Source: Raja brachyura
Lineage: Eukaryota
NCBI GenBank assembly: GCA_963514005.1
Contig: OY740781.1
Coordinates: 125,550,001 to 125,614,000 of the forward strand
DNA length: 64,000 nt
Reading direction: 5' to 3'
Every line of letters begins with the position of its first letter. Position 1 is the stretch's first letter. Shown piece by piece: positions 49,119 to 60,905 of the stretch. Under the pieces are notes generated by a model. That model was not told where the DNA came from. It saw nothing but the letters and a program-made list of their open reading frames with translations, and did not search any database. The translations under genes and the position numbers were made by a program.

Positions 49119-49840
49119 CTCTTTTTACAGTTGATGACCTCTAAATCAAAAGGAAGTGTCTGAATGTGCCTCTCAACTAGAACAACAAATTTGCAAAATA
49201 GGCTGTGTTCTGGGCACCAGGTGGGTAGCTAGCTCATTTCAAACAGTTTCAGCAGAGTGGCAAAATTATGAAGCGCTGTGTCTTCATTTTGAAAAAGCAG
49301 TGAAGGATGAAACAAGATCTGGGAGTGACAGAAAAGCCTGTGACGGTCTGTTGACAAGACTCTCTTCAGAGTTTATATTGGATTTAGCTCTAATGTATGA
49401 CACGTTGCATGAACTTGGTTTACTGTTAGTGTTTACAGAAACGCACTACCACGATTGTTTATGCAGACAAACTGATCCAACGTAGCATAAGATCACAGAG
49501 CAACTGAAAGAGCAACCAGGTACAAAAAGTCTGGAAGCTCAAGAGGCAGTGGAAAAGGGGTGGTTTGGAGAAATTACCTTAACAAGCAACAACAAAATCA
49601 TCTCCATTAATTATCAACAGTTTGTAACTAGTCTTATAAACAATTTGCAGCATCGCATGTTCACGACAACATCCCTGAAAGGTTCTCATTCTTCTGAACC
49701 TCATAGTATGTATAAATCCCTGCTAAATGAATTGTGTGTCCTTTGTAAATGCTGTTGGCCTGCTGAAATACCACCTAATTATGGAGAAGCTGCAATAGCA
49801 TCTCTCTGTAAGAGGTTTAAGCTTTCTTCGTCCTCTGTAA

Positions 49841-50552
49841 AGGGCCTGTCCCACTGACGCGACCTTTCAACGACTGTCTTCAACCTTCAAGCTCGAGGGC
49901 AATCGCCTGAAAAACCTCAAGCTGGATCGACCGTCAGTGATGAAACCGCGAGCCGGATCGACCGACCGCGAACACACACACAAACACATCGCAAAGGCGG
50001 GGGCCAGGGAGAGCGGAGGAGCACTGTCTGAAATTAACACCCGCGATAAACAGGAAGGTAAAGGACGGCTGGCGCAGTTTGGTACGTCCTTTAGGGAGTG
50101 GGTGGGTGGGGGGGGGGGAGAGAGGGAGAGAGAAGGGGGGGAGAAGGAGTGGAGACTCGTTTAAGAAGCCAGACAACCTTTAATAAAATTTAGCGGGCAT
50201 TTAACATTACCGGTCAGTTTACTTACCCATTTTTCTCAACGAGCTTTACCTTTACCTCCGAATAACTTCGATTGACTTCAACTACCTACTAATAGCATTA
50301 TGACCTACCTCGACTAAACCCGCGAGTAAAAAAAATATCAATTTTTTCCACGACGACCTTTTTTTACTCGCGGGCATTTTTCAGCATGTTGGAAAAATAC
50401 GCTGCGACCTAGCTGAGCCCTCACGCATGAGGGGAATACTCTTGATCATGAAGGAGAGTTGCATAGACCTCCTAGGACCTCGTGTCGACCATGCTGCGAG
50501 TATGAGTCGAGGGCAAACTCGCGAATTAGGTTGTTGCAGTGGGATAGCCACT
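49841..50552. mobile_element. PIF/Harbinger-type MITE
   Basis: TIRs AGGGCCTGTCCCACTG / AGTGGCTATCCCACTG; TAA TSD; excision restores the hAT frame SSV-INAFRDYVE. Confidence 0.88.
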
Positions 50553-52102
50553 TAATAAATGCCTTCAGAGATTATGTGGAGTCATACGTGGATGCCGTAT
50601 CCCCCAAGATATAGGCCCATTACTGAGCTGTTCACAAATTATTCCTATTAGTACTGCTGAGAGGGGATTCTGTCACGTGAACTTGATAATAACACCAACG
50701 CGCTCAAGAATTCTCAAAAGTCATGTTTCATCACTTATGTTTGTTAAACTACACTGTTAGACCTCCTCTGTTTCAGTGGAATCCTGTGCCATACGACACA
50801 TCGTAGCTGCGGTACCACAGATCATCAGAAGACACTAAGACGAGTTGCTTCAGACACACGATCACATTTTACGTCTGACCCTTTGTGGTAATTATTGTGA
50901 AACTTCTCATTGGTGGCATTTGGTAAGTAGGTAATTACTTGTAAATTGGTAAAATACTTGATTACTGCCTTTTGCTATTTCTTGCTTGATAATTATATTT
51001 CATGATAATTAGTGAGTACAACCGTGCAATATTTTGTCATTTAGTATTATATGATTCATTGTACTAGTTATACACTGAGATGTAGTGATAGACTATAACC
51101 TTGTTTGACCCTCTTGGGTGACTAGCTTGCCCCCCCCTCCCCCCCCAGAAAAACCTGCAATTACGCCCCTGTTTGACAGTTCCGGTACCTAAAACAATAG
51201 CACTGCAACACTGAATCTGGCACTCCTCGCAAAAAGGCAATGTAGTTGAAAAACACGCAAGTACACTAGAATAGAAATTTGGAGAAGAAGTAAGGCTGTA
51301 TCTGACAAGTACTCAGGACATTCAAAATTGCTTTACAGTCAGTAATGTACTTCCAACGTGTAATCACTGTCGTGATTCAGGGAAACACAACAAACAATTT
51401 ATGCTCAGTGAGGTCCCTTTGACATTAATGGCCAAATGTGGAGATAATTAATTTTATTAAGAGATGTTGGCTGAGAGATTAATCTATTGTTGTCTTCAAA
51501 CAGTACAGTGGGTTTATTATATCCATCCAACAAAGCAGAGCCCCAGTTTCATGGCTCATCTGATAGATGCCTCTGATTGTACAATATTGCCACAGTGTTG
51601 CACTGAAGTCTCAGCTTGCTTCCAAGAATGACAATTGAACTCCCAATATCCTGAGGCTAAGACATGGCTGCCTTAAATAGGAGAGCAATAATGAGGAAAG
51701 AATCACAAGGCTAACAATGTTTTTAAAAGCAAGAGAGACTGATGTAAGATTTAATTGAGCCATATAAACTTATGAGGCCAAGACAGTAAATAGAAAGAAT
51801 CTATTTCCCTTGAAAGAGAAGACAAGGAGGGGTCAATGAGGTGGGGGTGGGAAGAGATCAGAGGTTCAAAGGTTTCAAAGTTTTCAAAGGTCTTTTATTG
51901 TCACCTGTACCAATTAAGGTAGAATGATATGCAAATTCATGTTAATTTATATGAATTTGAAGAAGAGTACTGACCGGAAATATTCCTTTTTCATGTGCTC
52001 CAGAGATGCTGCCTGACCCGCTGAGTTACTCTTTTTTATTTACATAAATTGGTTTGACTGGGAGATGTTGAGGAAACCCATTTTCTTGCAACAGCTGGTA
52101 CG

Positions 52103-52368
52103 ACGGCACGGTGGCGCAACGATAGAGTTGCTGCCTTACAGCGCCAGAGACCTGGGTTCGATCCTGACTATGAGAGCTGTCTGTATGGTGTTTGTATGTT
52201 CTCCCTGTGGGTTTTCTCTGGGTGCTCCAGTTTCCTCCCACACTCCAAAAGGTTTAATAAAGTTGTAAATTGCCCCTAGTGTGTGCAGGATAGTGTTAGT
52301 GTGCGGGGATTGCTGGTCAGCGTGGACTATAGGGCCTATTTCTGTGCTATATCTCTAAACAAAACTAA
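52103..52368 (+). mobile_element. V-SINE (HE1-like)
   Basis: GGCACGGTGGCGCAAC.ATAG A-box-like head, GGTTCGATCCT B-box, V-domain, TAAAC tail. Confidence 0.85.
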
Positions 52369-55300
52369 GCTGATTCCCTGAAAGGGCGGTGGAGAACTGA
52401 CTCTCAATGCTTTAAATACTCAATGAGTATTTGAGGTACTGTAACCTGCAAAGCTATGGTCTAATAGCAGGAATGTCAGATTACCCTAAACACTCCACCT
52501 TTGGACAGCGAAGATGAGGTGAACTGAAAGTTTCATCTGCATGTTAAATTTTCAGGACTGTGCAATAAACCTAGGATAGTCACAAGTTGTATTCCCATCC
52601 AGAGGTATTATGTGCTGTGCTGCTGTTACATTTGCCTGTGACTGGTATTTTATATAACGGTAAATTCTAGATCTATTTGTTCTCGCTATTCTCATGGTAA
52701 CATTAATTTTCTGTCATTGTGAGCAATTATGGCCCCCTGTCACAATATGCGTTGCAAGATTTCCATGTAGGGAGATGAAGTGAGAACAGGCAGAGCTGCT
52801 CATATTTTCAACTGTAATGTGGTTGAATTGGTTCAGTACTGTGAGCAGAATTTATGCAATAATGCACTCACAATAACAAACTGTATCTACAGATTATTAC
52901 ACTGGGATTTTCCATCACAGTCCGATCCCCACTGAAGGAGACAAGACATGTAGATTTTGGCTTGGTCCCATTGGAGAAGAAAAGAACAAATACAATAGGT
53001 GCTGCTAAAATAACAGAAAATAATTATTTTGGACCATATATTACAAAGTTCACGATGTGTCTGCCAAATCCTATACTTGTATACAGCTAATCTTAACTAA
53101 TGTAGTGTGGGCAGGCGGTGTCAGTATTGCCATGGACTAGGTGATTATTTTTACCCTAGTATCTGCTACTGATTGTTACAAGGGATTTTTTAAAAATATT
53201 AAATGTATGACAATCTTGTCCGTTTCATTGGAGAAAGGACTGATGGGAAATCCCAGTGTGATATGCAAGTAATGCTTGATAACTTTTGAACAAATTTCCA
53301 TATCTCTATTGCCCATCTCTTGCAATTTGGCAGCAAGGAATTACTGCTGATAATCAGACCTGATAACATAAAATAACATGAATCAAGCACATATATCATA
53401 CAGAAACCTTTACGCTGATGCAAGAAAGCCTCATAAATATCTTTCTGATAATGCACAATGATAGCTTGCATAGTTAAACTGAATTCTCATTATCTGTCCT
53501 GGAAAACCATTGCCCGCACAGGGTAACATGAACTCGTCAGAATAAGGAAAGGTGGTCGACGGTTTGGACTTCTTGGGATCAATTTTCCTCAAACTATTTG
53601 TGTAATTATTGCTATATGTGGGGCAATGGTGTGATAACAACCCCCAAAAGATAGTTTGATTGATTTACCCCAAAAGATCAGTCCTCAACAATTTTTGGAT
53701 ACACTTTCATTTTTGCTGTTATGACTGCTATGGAAAATGGTCAATTACAGTATGTGGTTAAGACCCTAGTGAAAGTTTCCCATTGATCTGCCCTGTCAGC
53801 ACAAGTTATTCAGCCTTTCCTGAAATCATGGGTTATGCAAGTGAAGTGGCAGCTAATTAAGTGAAATTAAACAAGGGAAAGCCAAAGACATCAGATACAC
53901 ATTTTTCTTTGTTTGGGTTTTGGAAAGTTCTGACTGACTTTTAATTCTTTGCTACTGGGTGAACTTTAATTTGTTTTTGAAAGCTGAAAGAATAAGTCTT
54001 CATATGGCTTCAGCATCAGTTTGCAGAGATACTCTGCTCACTCTTTGGTAGACTGAACTTCTCATAAAGATCTCACAATATTTTAAAGACAATATTTTAA
54101 AGACAATGGTTCAAAGACTGTGCTGCTGCAAGTAAGAATTTAATTGTTCTATCTGGGACATATGAGAATAAAACACTCTTGACTCTTCATAAACCTTTCC
54201 TAAGTTCTATCCTTTCCTTACTTGATAAGAACCCCTACAATGCAGCAAGCATAATAACAATGAATGATTACTCTCCTTAATAACATGGTTGCACTGGGGT
54301 CATCTAGTGGGAAGAGCATTTATAGAAAGAGTGAAAAAGCAATTACAGGTACTTTCAGTCAAAATGCCTGAAATTTGTATTGTTTCTATGATACAGAAAC
54401 TGTGGACAACGTGAGTTGGGTGGTGTAGCTGACAGAGCTGCTGCCTCACAGCATCAGTAACCCGGGTTCAACCCTGAACTCTGTGATGTATTTGTGGAGT
54501 TTGTACATTTTTTTCTGATTTTGTGGTGATTTGCCGACTTCCTCTCACATTCCAAATACATGCAGGATGGAAGGTTAATTGGCCACTGCTCTAAGTTTGT
54601 GGTTGAGTGACAATAGGTGCAGGAGTAGGCCATTCGGCCCTTTGAGCCAGCACTGCCATTCAATGTAATCATGGCTGATCATCCCCAATCAGTACCCCGT
54701 TCCTGCCTTTTCCCCATATCCCCTGACTCCGCTATCTTTAAGAGACCTATCTAGCTCTCTCTTGAAAGTATCCAGAAAACCGGCCTCCACCGCCATCTGA
54801 GGCAGACAATTCCACACTCACAACTCTCTGTGAGAAAAAGTGTTTCCTCATCTCCATTCTAAATGGCTTACCCCTTATTCTTAAACTGTGGCCCCTGGTT
54901 CTGGACTCCCCCAACATCGGGAACATGTATCCTGCATCTAGCGTGTCCAAACCCTTAACAATCCTATATGTTTCAATAAGATCCCCCTCATCCTTCTATA
55001 CTCAAGTGTACAAGCCCAGCCACTCTATTCTTCTAATCTCTCAGCATATGACAGTACTCAGTCTTCCCGTGGATTTTGAAGCAACAGCAACAAAGAGAAG
55101 CAGGAGAAAGCACTGATTGGCTCTAGCTCAAGTGGGAGGAGAGTTCTCAGTGAGTCAGAGGGGGAAAACAGTTGAAAACTGAGGAATTTGGTTTGTAAAT
55201 TAGGTAATTGAACAGTCAATATAAGCAAGGCAGCTCTTGGGGAGCGGCAGTGAGTGAGCGGCCTTGTGAGGGAAGTGCCCTGTGAGTAAAGTGTGAGTCT

Positions 55301-55372
55301 TTGGCTCAAGAGTCTTCGGAGAGGAGGCTGCACAATACACTGGATAGGGAGAGACCGAGGCAAAAGAAGGAG

Positions 55373-56299
55373 ATGTCAAGCAAGCTGATGCAGTGTGATG
55401 CTTGCAGTATGTGGGAGGTTAAGGACACTGCTGGTGCCTCTGGATGCTACAAATGTGAGAAGTGCATCCAGGTACAGCTTCTGAAGGACCGTGTTGGGGA
55501 ACTGGAGAAACAAGTGGATGACCTCAGGTTCATCCGAGAAACTGAGTCGTTCCTCGACAAGTCCTTCAGTAAGATTGTTTCACCCAAGGCACTAGAAGAG
55601 AGAAGGTGGGTGACGGTGAGAAAGGGAGGAAAACATGGAATGCAAAGGTCCCCGGGTGTTGTACCTCTTGTGAACAGGTTCACCCACGTGGAAGCTGCCG
55701 GGACAGAAGACGGTATCTCACTGAGCGGCGGACTGGCTTGCCAAACAAAAAGGGCTGATGAGCCAAAACCAAAGAGGCCAAAGTCGGGCAACGCCATTGT
55801 AGTTGGAAACTCCATTGTGAGAGGTACGGACAGGGGTTTTTGCGGCAACAGACGGGATTCCAGGATGGTGTGCTGCCTTCCTGGTGCCAGGATCCAGGAT
55901 GTTACGGACAGAGTGCAGACAATCCTCAAGGGCGAAGGTGAACAGCCGGAAGTGGTCGTGCATGTTGGCACAAATGATGTTGGAAAGAAGGGGATGAATA
56001 TTTTGCAGCGGGACTTCAGAGAGCTTGGAAAAACGCTGAAAAGCAGGACTTCCAGGGTTGTTATCTCTGGTTTGCTTCCAGTTCCTCGTGCTGGCGAGAG
56101 CAGGAACAGGGAGATACGGGACCTGAATGTGTGGCTGAGGAACTGGTGCAGGGGGCAGGGATTTAGATTCTTAGATCACTGGGATCTGTTTTGGAGTAAG
56201 GGGGAACTGTACAAAAGGGACGGATTGCATCTTAACAGGTGGGGGACCAGCATTCTGGCCGGCAGGTTTGCCACTGCTACACAGATGGTTTTAAACTGA
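55373..56299 (+). CDS. CR1 ORF1p: zinc finger, leucine zipper and SGNH esterase
   Basis: ATG at 55373; CDAC...CEKC; heptad VQLLKDRVGELEKQVDDL; SGNH blocks IVVGNS, LPGA, HVGTND, DGLH. Confidence 0.92.
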   Translation: MSSKLMQCDACSMWEVKDTAGASGCYKCEKCIQVQLLKDRVGELEKQVDDLRFIRETESFLDKSFSKIVSPKALEERRWVTVRKGGKHGMQRSPGVVPLVNRFTHVEAAGTEDGISLSGGLACQTKRADEPKPKRPKSGNAIVVGNSIVRGTDRGFCGNRRDSRMVCCLPGARIQDVTDRVQTILKGEGEQPEVVVHVGTNDVGKKGMNILQRDFRELGKTLKSRTSRVVISGLLPVPRAGESRNREIRDLNVWLRNWCRGQGFRFLDHWDLFWSKGELYKRDGLHLNRWGTSILAGRFATATQMVLN

Positions 56300-59214
56300 A
56301 TAAGGGGGGTGGGGTGTCAAATGGGATAATCGAGAACGGAGTTAAAGGGAAAGAGAGTAAAGGGATGGTTAATGACCCCAGAATTAACGGGAAAGAAAGC
56401 TCACAAAGGGATAGGAGAGTATGGCCAAGTGTAATAGGGATCGATGTGAAAGGGGCCACTTGTCAACATAATTGTATAAGGAGTAAGAGTGTTGTAAAAA
56501 CAAGCCTGAAGGCTTTGTGTCTCAATGCGAGGAGCATTCGTAATAAGGTGGATGAGTTGAAGGTGCAGATAGCGTTTAATGACTATGCTATAGTTGGGAT
56601 CACGGAGACATGGCTCCAGGATGACCAAGGCTGGGAGCTGAACATCCAGGGATATTCAATATTCAGGAGGGATAGACGAAAAGGAAAAGGAGGTGGGGTA
56701 GCGTTGCTGGTGAGAGAGGAGATTAATGCAATAGAAAGGAAGGACATTAGCGTGGAGGATGTGGAATCGATATGGGTAGAGCTGCGAAACTCTAAGGGGC
56801 AGAAAACGCTAGTGGGAGCTGTGTACAGGCCACCTAACAGTAGTATTGGAGTTGGGGATGGCATCAAACAGGAAATTAAAAATGCGTGCAACAAGGGTAA
56901 CACGGTTATAATGGGTGATTTCAATCTGCATGTAGATTGGGTGAATCAAATTGGCAGGGGTGCTGAGGAAGAGGATTTCCTGGAATGTATGCGGGATAGT
57001 TTTCTCAACCAACATGTGGAGGAACCAACGAGAGAGCAGGCTATTCTAGACTGGGTATTGAGTAATGAGGAAGGGTTAGTTAGCAGTCTTGTTGTGCGTG
57101 GCCCCTTGGGCAAGAGTGACCATAATATGGTTGAGTTCTTCATTAGGATGGAGAGTGCCAAAATTAAGTCAGAAACAAGGGTTCTGAACTTGAACAAAGG
57201 TAACTTTGAAGGTATGAGATGTGAATTGGCCAAGATAGACTGGCAGGTGATTCTTAAAGGGTTGACAGTGGATGTGCAATGGAAGGTATTTAAAGACTGC
57301 ATGGATGAAGTACAAAAGTTGTTCATACCAGTTTGGCAAAAGAATAAATCGGGGAAGGTGGTGCATCCATGGATAACAAGGGAAATCAGGGATAGTATAA
57401 AAACAAAAGATGAGGCATACAAATTTGCCAGAAAAAGCAGCCTACCGGAGGACTGGGAGAAATTCAGAATGCAGCAGAGGAGGACAAAGGGCTTAATTAG
57501 GAAAGGGAAAATAGATTATGAAAGGAAACTGGCAGGGAACATAAAAACTAACTGCAAAAGTTTTTATAGATATGTGAAGAGAAAGGGACTAGTTAAAACA
57601 TTTGTTGGTCCCTTGCAGTCAGAAACAGGTGAATTGATCATGGGGAACAAGGACATGGCAGACCAATTGAATAACTACTTTGGTTCTGTCTTCACTAAGG
57701 AAAACATAAATAATCTGCCGGAAATAGCAGTGGAACGGGGGTCAAATAAGATGGAGGAACTGAGTGAAATCCTGGTTAGCCGGGAGGTGGTGTTGGGTAA
57801 ATTGAACGGATTGAAGGCCGATAAATCCCCAGGGCCAGATAGTCTGCATCCCAGAGTACTCAAGGAGGTAGCCACAGAAATAGTGGATGCATTAGTGATA
57901 ATATTTCAAAATTCCTTAGATTCTGGAGTAGTACCTGAGGATTGGAGGGTAGCTAATGTAACCCCACTTTTTAAAAAAGGAGGGAGAGAGAAAGCGGGGA
58001 ATTACAGACCAGTTAGTCTAACATCGGTAGTGGGGAAACTGCTAGAGTCAGTTATTAAAGATGGGATAGCAGCGCATTTGGAAAGTGGTGAAATCATTGG
58101 ACAAAGTCAGCATGGATTTACGAAAGGTAAATCATGTCTGTCAAATCTGATAGAATTTTTTGAGGATGTAACTAGTAGAGTGGATAAGGGAGAACCAGTG
58201 GATGTGTTATATCTAGACTTTCAGAAGGCTTTCGACAAGGTCCCGCATAAGAGATTAGCGTACAAACTTAAAGCACATGGTATTGGGGGTTCAGTATTGA
58301 TGTGGATAGAGAACTGGCTAGCAGACAGGAGGCAAAGGGTAGGAGTAAACGGGTCCTTTTCAGAATGGCAGGCAGTGACTAGTGGGGTGCCGCAAGGCTC
58401 AGTGCTGGGACCCCAGCTATTTACAATATATATTAATGATTTGGACGAGGGAATTCAATGCAACATCTCCAAATTTGCAGATGATACCAAGCTGGGGGGT
58501 ATAGTTAGGTGTGAGGAGGATGCTTGGAGGCTGCAGGGTGATTTGGATAGGCTGAGTGAATGGGCAGATGCATGGCAGATGCTGTACAATGTGGATAAAT
58601 GTGAGGTTATCCACTTTGGTGGCAAAAACATGAGGGTAGACTATTATCTGAATGGTGGCAGATTAGGAAAGGGGGAGATGCAACGAGACCTGGGTGTCAT
58701 GGTACACCGGTCATTGAAAGTAGCCATGCAGGTGCAGCAGGCAGTGAAGAAAGCAAATGGTATGTTAGCATTCATAGCGAAAGGATTTGAGTATAGGAGC
58801 AGGGAGGTTCTACTGCAGTTGTACAGGGTTTTGGTGAGGCCACACCTAGAGTATTGCGTACAGTTTTGGTCTCCAAATCTGAGGAAAGACATCCTTGCCA
58901 TAGAGGGGGTACAGAGAAGATTCACCAGACTGATTCCTGGGATGTCAGGACTTTCATATGAGGAAAGATTGGATAGACTCGGCTTGTACTCGCTGGAATT
59001 TAGAAGATTGAGGGGGGATCTTATAGAAACTTACAAAATTCTTAACGGGTTGGACAAGCTAGATGCTGGAAGATTGTTCCCGATGTTGGGGGAGTCCAGA
59101 ACAAGGGGTCACAGTCTAAGGATAAGGGGGAATTCCTTTAGGACCGAAATGAGGAAAACATTCTTTACACAGAGTCGTGAGTCTCTGGAATTCTCTGCCA
59201 CAGAAGGTAGTTGA
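56239..59214 (+). CDS. CR1 ORF2p: APE endonuclease and reverse transcriptase (true start uncertain; first ATG 56365)
   Basis: NARS, GITETW, VYRPP, GDFN, SDH; LDFQKAFD, GVPQGSVLGP, KFADD; open for ~990 codons; last 13 residues read in a shifted frame. Confidence 0.95.
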   Translation: MGDQHSGRQVCHCYTDGFKLNKGGGVSNGIIENGVKGKESKGMVNDPRINGKESSQRDRRVWPSVIGIDVKGATCQHNCIRSKSVVKTSLKALCLNARSIRNKVDELKVQIAFNDYAIVGITETWLQDDQGWELNIQGYSIFRRDRRKGKGGGVALLVREEINAIERKDISVEDVESIWVELRNSKGQKTLVGAVYRPPNSSIGVGDGIKQEIKNACNKGNTVIMGDFNLHVDWVNQIGRGAEEEDFLECMRDSFLNQHVEEPTREQAILDWVLSNEEGLVSSLVVRGPLGKSDHNMVEFFIRMESAKIKSETRVLNLNKGNFEGMRCELAKIDWQVILKGLTVDVQWKVFKDCMDEVQKLFIPVWQKNKSGKVVHPWITREIRDSIKTKDEAYKFARKSSLPEDWEKFRMQQRRTKGLIRKGKIDYERKLAGNIKTNCKSFYRYVKRKGLVKTFVGPLQSETGELIMGNKDMADQLNNYFGSVFTKENINNLPEIAVERGSNKMEELSEILVSREVVLGKLNGLKADKSPGPDSLHPRVLKEVATEIVDALVIIFQNSLDSGVVPEDWRVANVTPLFKKGGREKAGNYRPVSLTSVVGKLLESVIKDGIAAHLESGEIIGQSQHGFTKGKSCLSNLIEFFEDVTSRVDKGEPVDVLYLDFQKAFDKVPHKRLAYKLKAHGIGGSVLMWIENWLADRRQRVGVNGSFSEWQAVTSGVPQGSVLGPQLFTIYINDLDEGIQCNISKFADDTKLGGIVRCEEDAWRLQGDLDRLSEWADAWQMLYNVDKCEVIHFGGKNMRVDYYLNGGRLGKGEMQRDLGVMVHRSLKVAMQVQQAVKKANGMLAFIAKGFEYRSREVLLQLYRVLVRPHLEYCVQFWSPNLRKDILAIEGVQRRFTRLIPGMSGLSYEERLDRLGLYSLEFRRLRGDLIETYKILNGLDKLDAGRLFPMLGESRTRGHSLRIRGNSFRTEMRKTFFTQSRESLEFSATEGS

Positions 59215-60629
59215 GGCCAGTTCATTGGCTATATTTAAGAGGGCGTTAGATGTGGCACTTGTGGCTAAAGGGATCAGGGAGTATGGAGAGAAGGCAGGTA
59301 CGGGATACTGAGTTTGATGATCAGCCATGATCACATTGAATGGCGGTGCAGGCTCGAAGGGCCGAATGGCCTACTCCTGCACCTATTTTCTATGTTTCTA
59401 TGACAGTCCCGCCATCCCGGGAATTATTCTTGTAAACCTACGCTGCACTCCCTCAATAGCACGAAAGTCCTTCCTCAAATTAGGGGACCTAAACTGCACA
59501 CAATACTCCCTGTGTGGTCTCACTAGGGCCCTGTACAACTGCAGAAGGACCTCTTTGCTCCTATATTCAACTCCTCTTGTTATAAAGGCCAACATGTCAT
59601 TCACTTTCTTCACTGCCTGCTGTACCTGCATGCTTAATTTCATAGACTGATGAACAAGGACCCCCCCCGATCCTGTTGTACTTCCCCTTTTCCCAACCTG
59701 TCGCCATTTAGATAGTCTGCCTTCCTGTTTTTGAAAGCAAAGTGGATAACCTCACATTTATCCACATTAAACTTCATCTGCCATGCATCTGCCCACTCCC
59801 CCAACCTGTCCAAGTCACCCTGCATTCTCATAGCATCCTCCTCAGAGTTCACACTGCCACCCAGCTTTGTGTCATCTGCAAATTTGCTAATGTTACTTTG
59901 AGTCCCTTCATCCAAATCATTGATGTATGTTGTAAATAGCTGCGGTCCCAGCACCGAGCCTTGCGGTACCCCACTAGTCACTGCCTGCCATTCTGAAAGG
60001 GACTCGTTAATCCCTATTCTACGTTTCCTGTCTGCCAACCACTTCTCTATCCATGTCAGCACCCTACCCCCAATACCATGTGCCCTATTTTGGCCACTAT
60101 CTCCTATGTGGGACGTTATCAAATGCTTTATGAAAGTCCAGGTACACTATATCCCTTGTCCATTTTCCTAGTTACATCCTCAAAAAATTGGTAGATTCTT
60201 GGAGGAGTTGATCAAAATATAGGGAGAATAAAAAATGGGTGTGTTGTGACTGTGATACCCGGACAATTTATTTGTTTATTTTCCGATGAAAACGATGAGG
60301 AATTTTCTCACAATTATTTCGTTTTCAATGCTTGATGGAAAAATACCTCAGTAAAAAGGGAGTGCTAATAAACTTACTCTCCTGTGTAGAAATTTGATAT
60401 TGTATTCTATTATCAAGATTTACTGTAAAGAAATGATAAGAATAGTAAAAAAAGTTCAAACCCAACAGTCGCATTGTCACATTATTTATGTGACAATAAT
60501 TGAGTTAATAAAATAGTAAATATCAGAAAGCCTGTATATAACACCAGATAAAACCCAGAATATGACCTTGGAAACACAAGGGATTGCAGATGCTAGAATC
60601 TTGAGCAGAAAAACTAACAGCTGGAGGGA

Positions 60630-60905
60630 CAGTTGTGCTGCGGTAGAGTTGTTGCCTTGCAGCGCTAGACACCTGTGTTCAATCCTGACTATGGGTGCTG
60701 TCTGTATGGAGTTTGTACGTTCTCCCCAGGACCATATGGGTTTTTTACAGTTTCCTCACACATTCCAAAGATGTGCAGATTTGTAGGTTAAATGGCTTTT
60801 GTAAATTGGCCCCAGTGTGTAGGATAGAACATATGTATGGCCGATCATTGGTTGATGAAGATTCTGTTGGCCGAAGGGTCTGTTTCCATGCTGTATCTCA
60901 TAAAA
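60630..60905 (+). mobile_element. V-SINE inserted in a minus-strand Penelope terminal module (60570-61000)
   Basis: SINE head and V-domain; module halves TGCAGATGCT... and GGTCAGGCAGCATC... on either side. Confidence 0.7.

Larger units (their letters stand above)
46650..51171 (+). mobile_element. hAT transposon fossil (KIAA1586/ZNF862-like transposase) with four nested insertions
   Basis: IDETTSLS..ALIVYLK, FASDGASVMLG, IIWHCLNYRLQLAV, GTRWVAS, IPISTAERGF..LMFVKLH; right TIR-like end ...AATTACGCCCCTG at 51171; left TIR not found, so the start is approximate. Confidence 0.82.
55056..59398 (+). mobile_element. Full-length young CR1 LINE
   Basis: 5'UTR, ORF1, ORF2, CTATGTTT-type tail; 9-bp TSD TATGACAGT (55047-55, 59399-407). 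Confidence 0.95.
54608..60190 (-). mobile_element. Older CR1 3' half (host element), split by the full-length CR1
   Basis: 59399-60190 reads GVPQGSVLGP, KFADDTK...IPGMAGLS and continues in frame as YAERLE in 54608-55055. Confidence 0.88.

Noticed and set aside
52103-52175. tRNA gene
   Set aside because: A/B-box-like head continues directly into the SINE V-domain; same for the other SINE heads.
55447-58925. Several antisense ORFs over the CR1 (and similarly over the DIRS)
   Set aside because: Shadow ORFs opposite long coding frames; no independent motifs.
60473-60497. 10-bp stem hairpin ATTGTCACAT-TATTT-ATGTGACAAT
   Set aside because: Short and AT-rich; plausible by chance in 64 kb with no supporting context.
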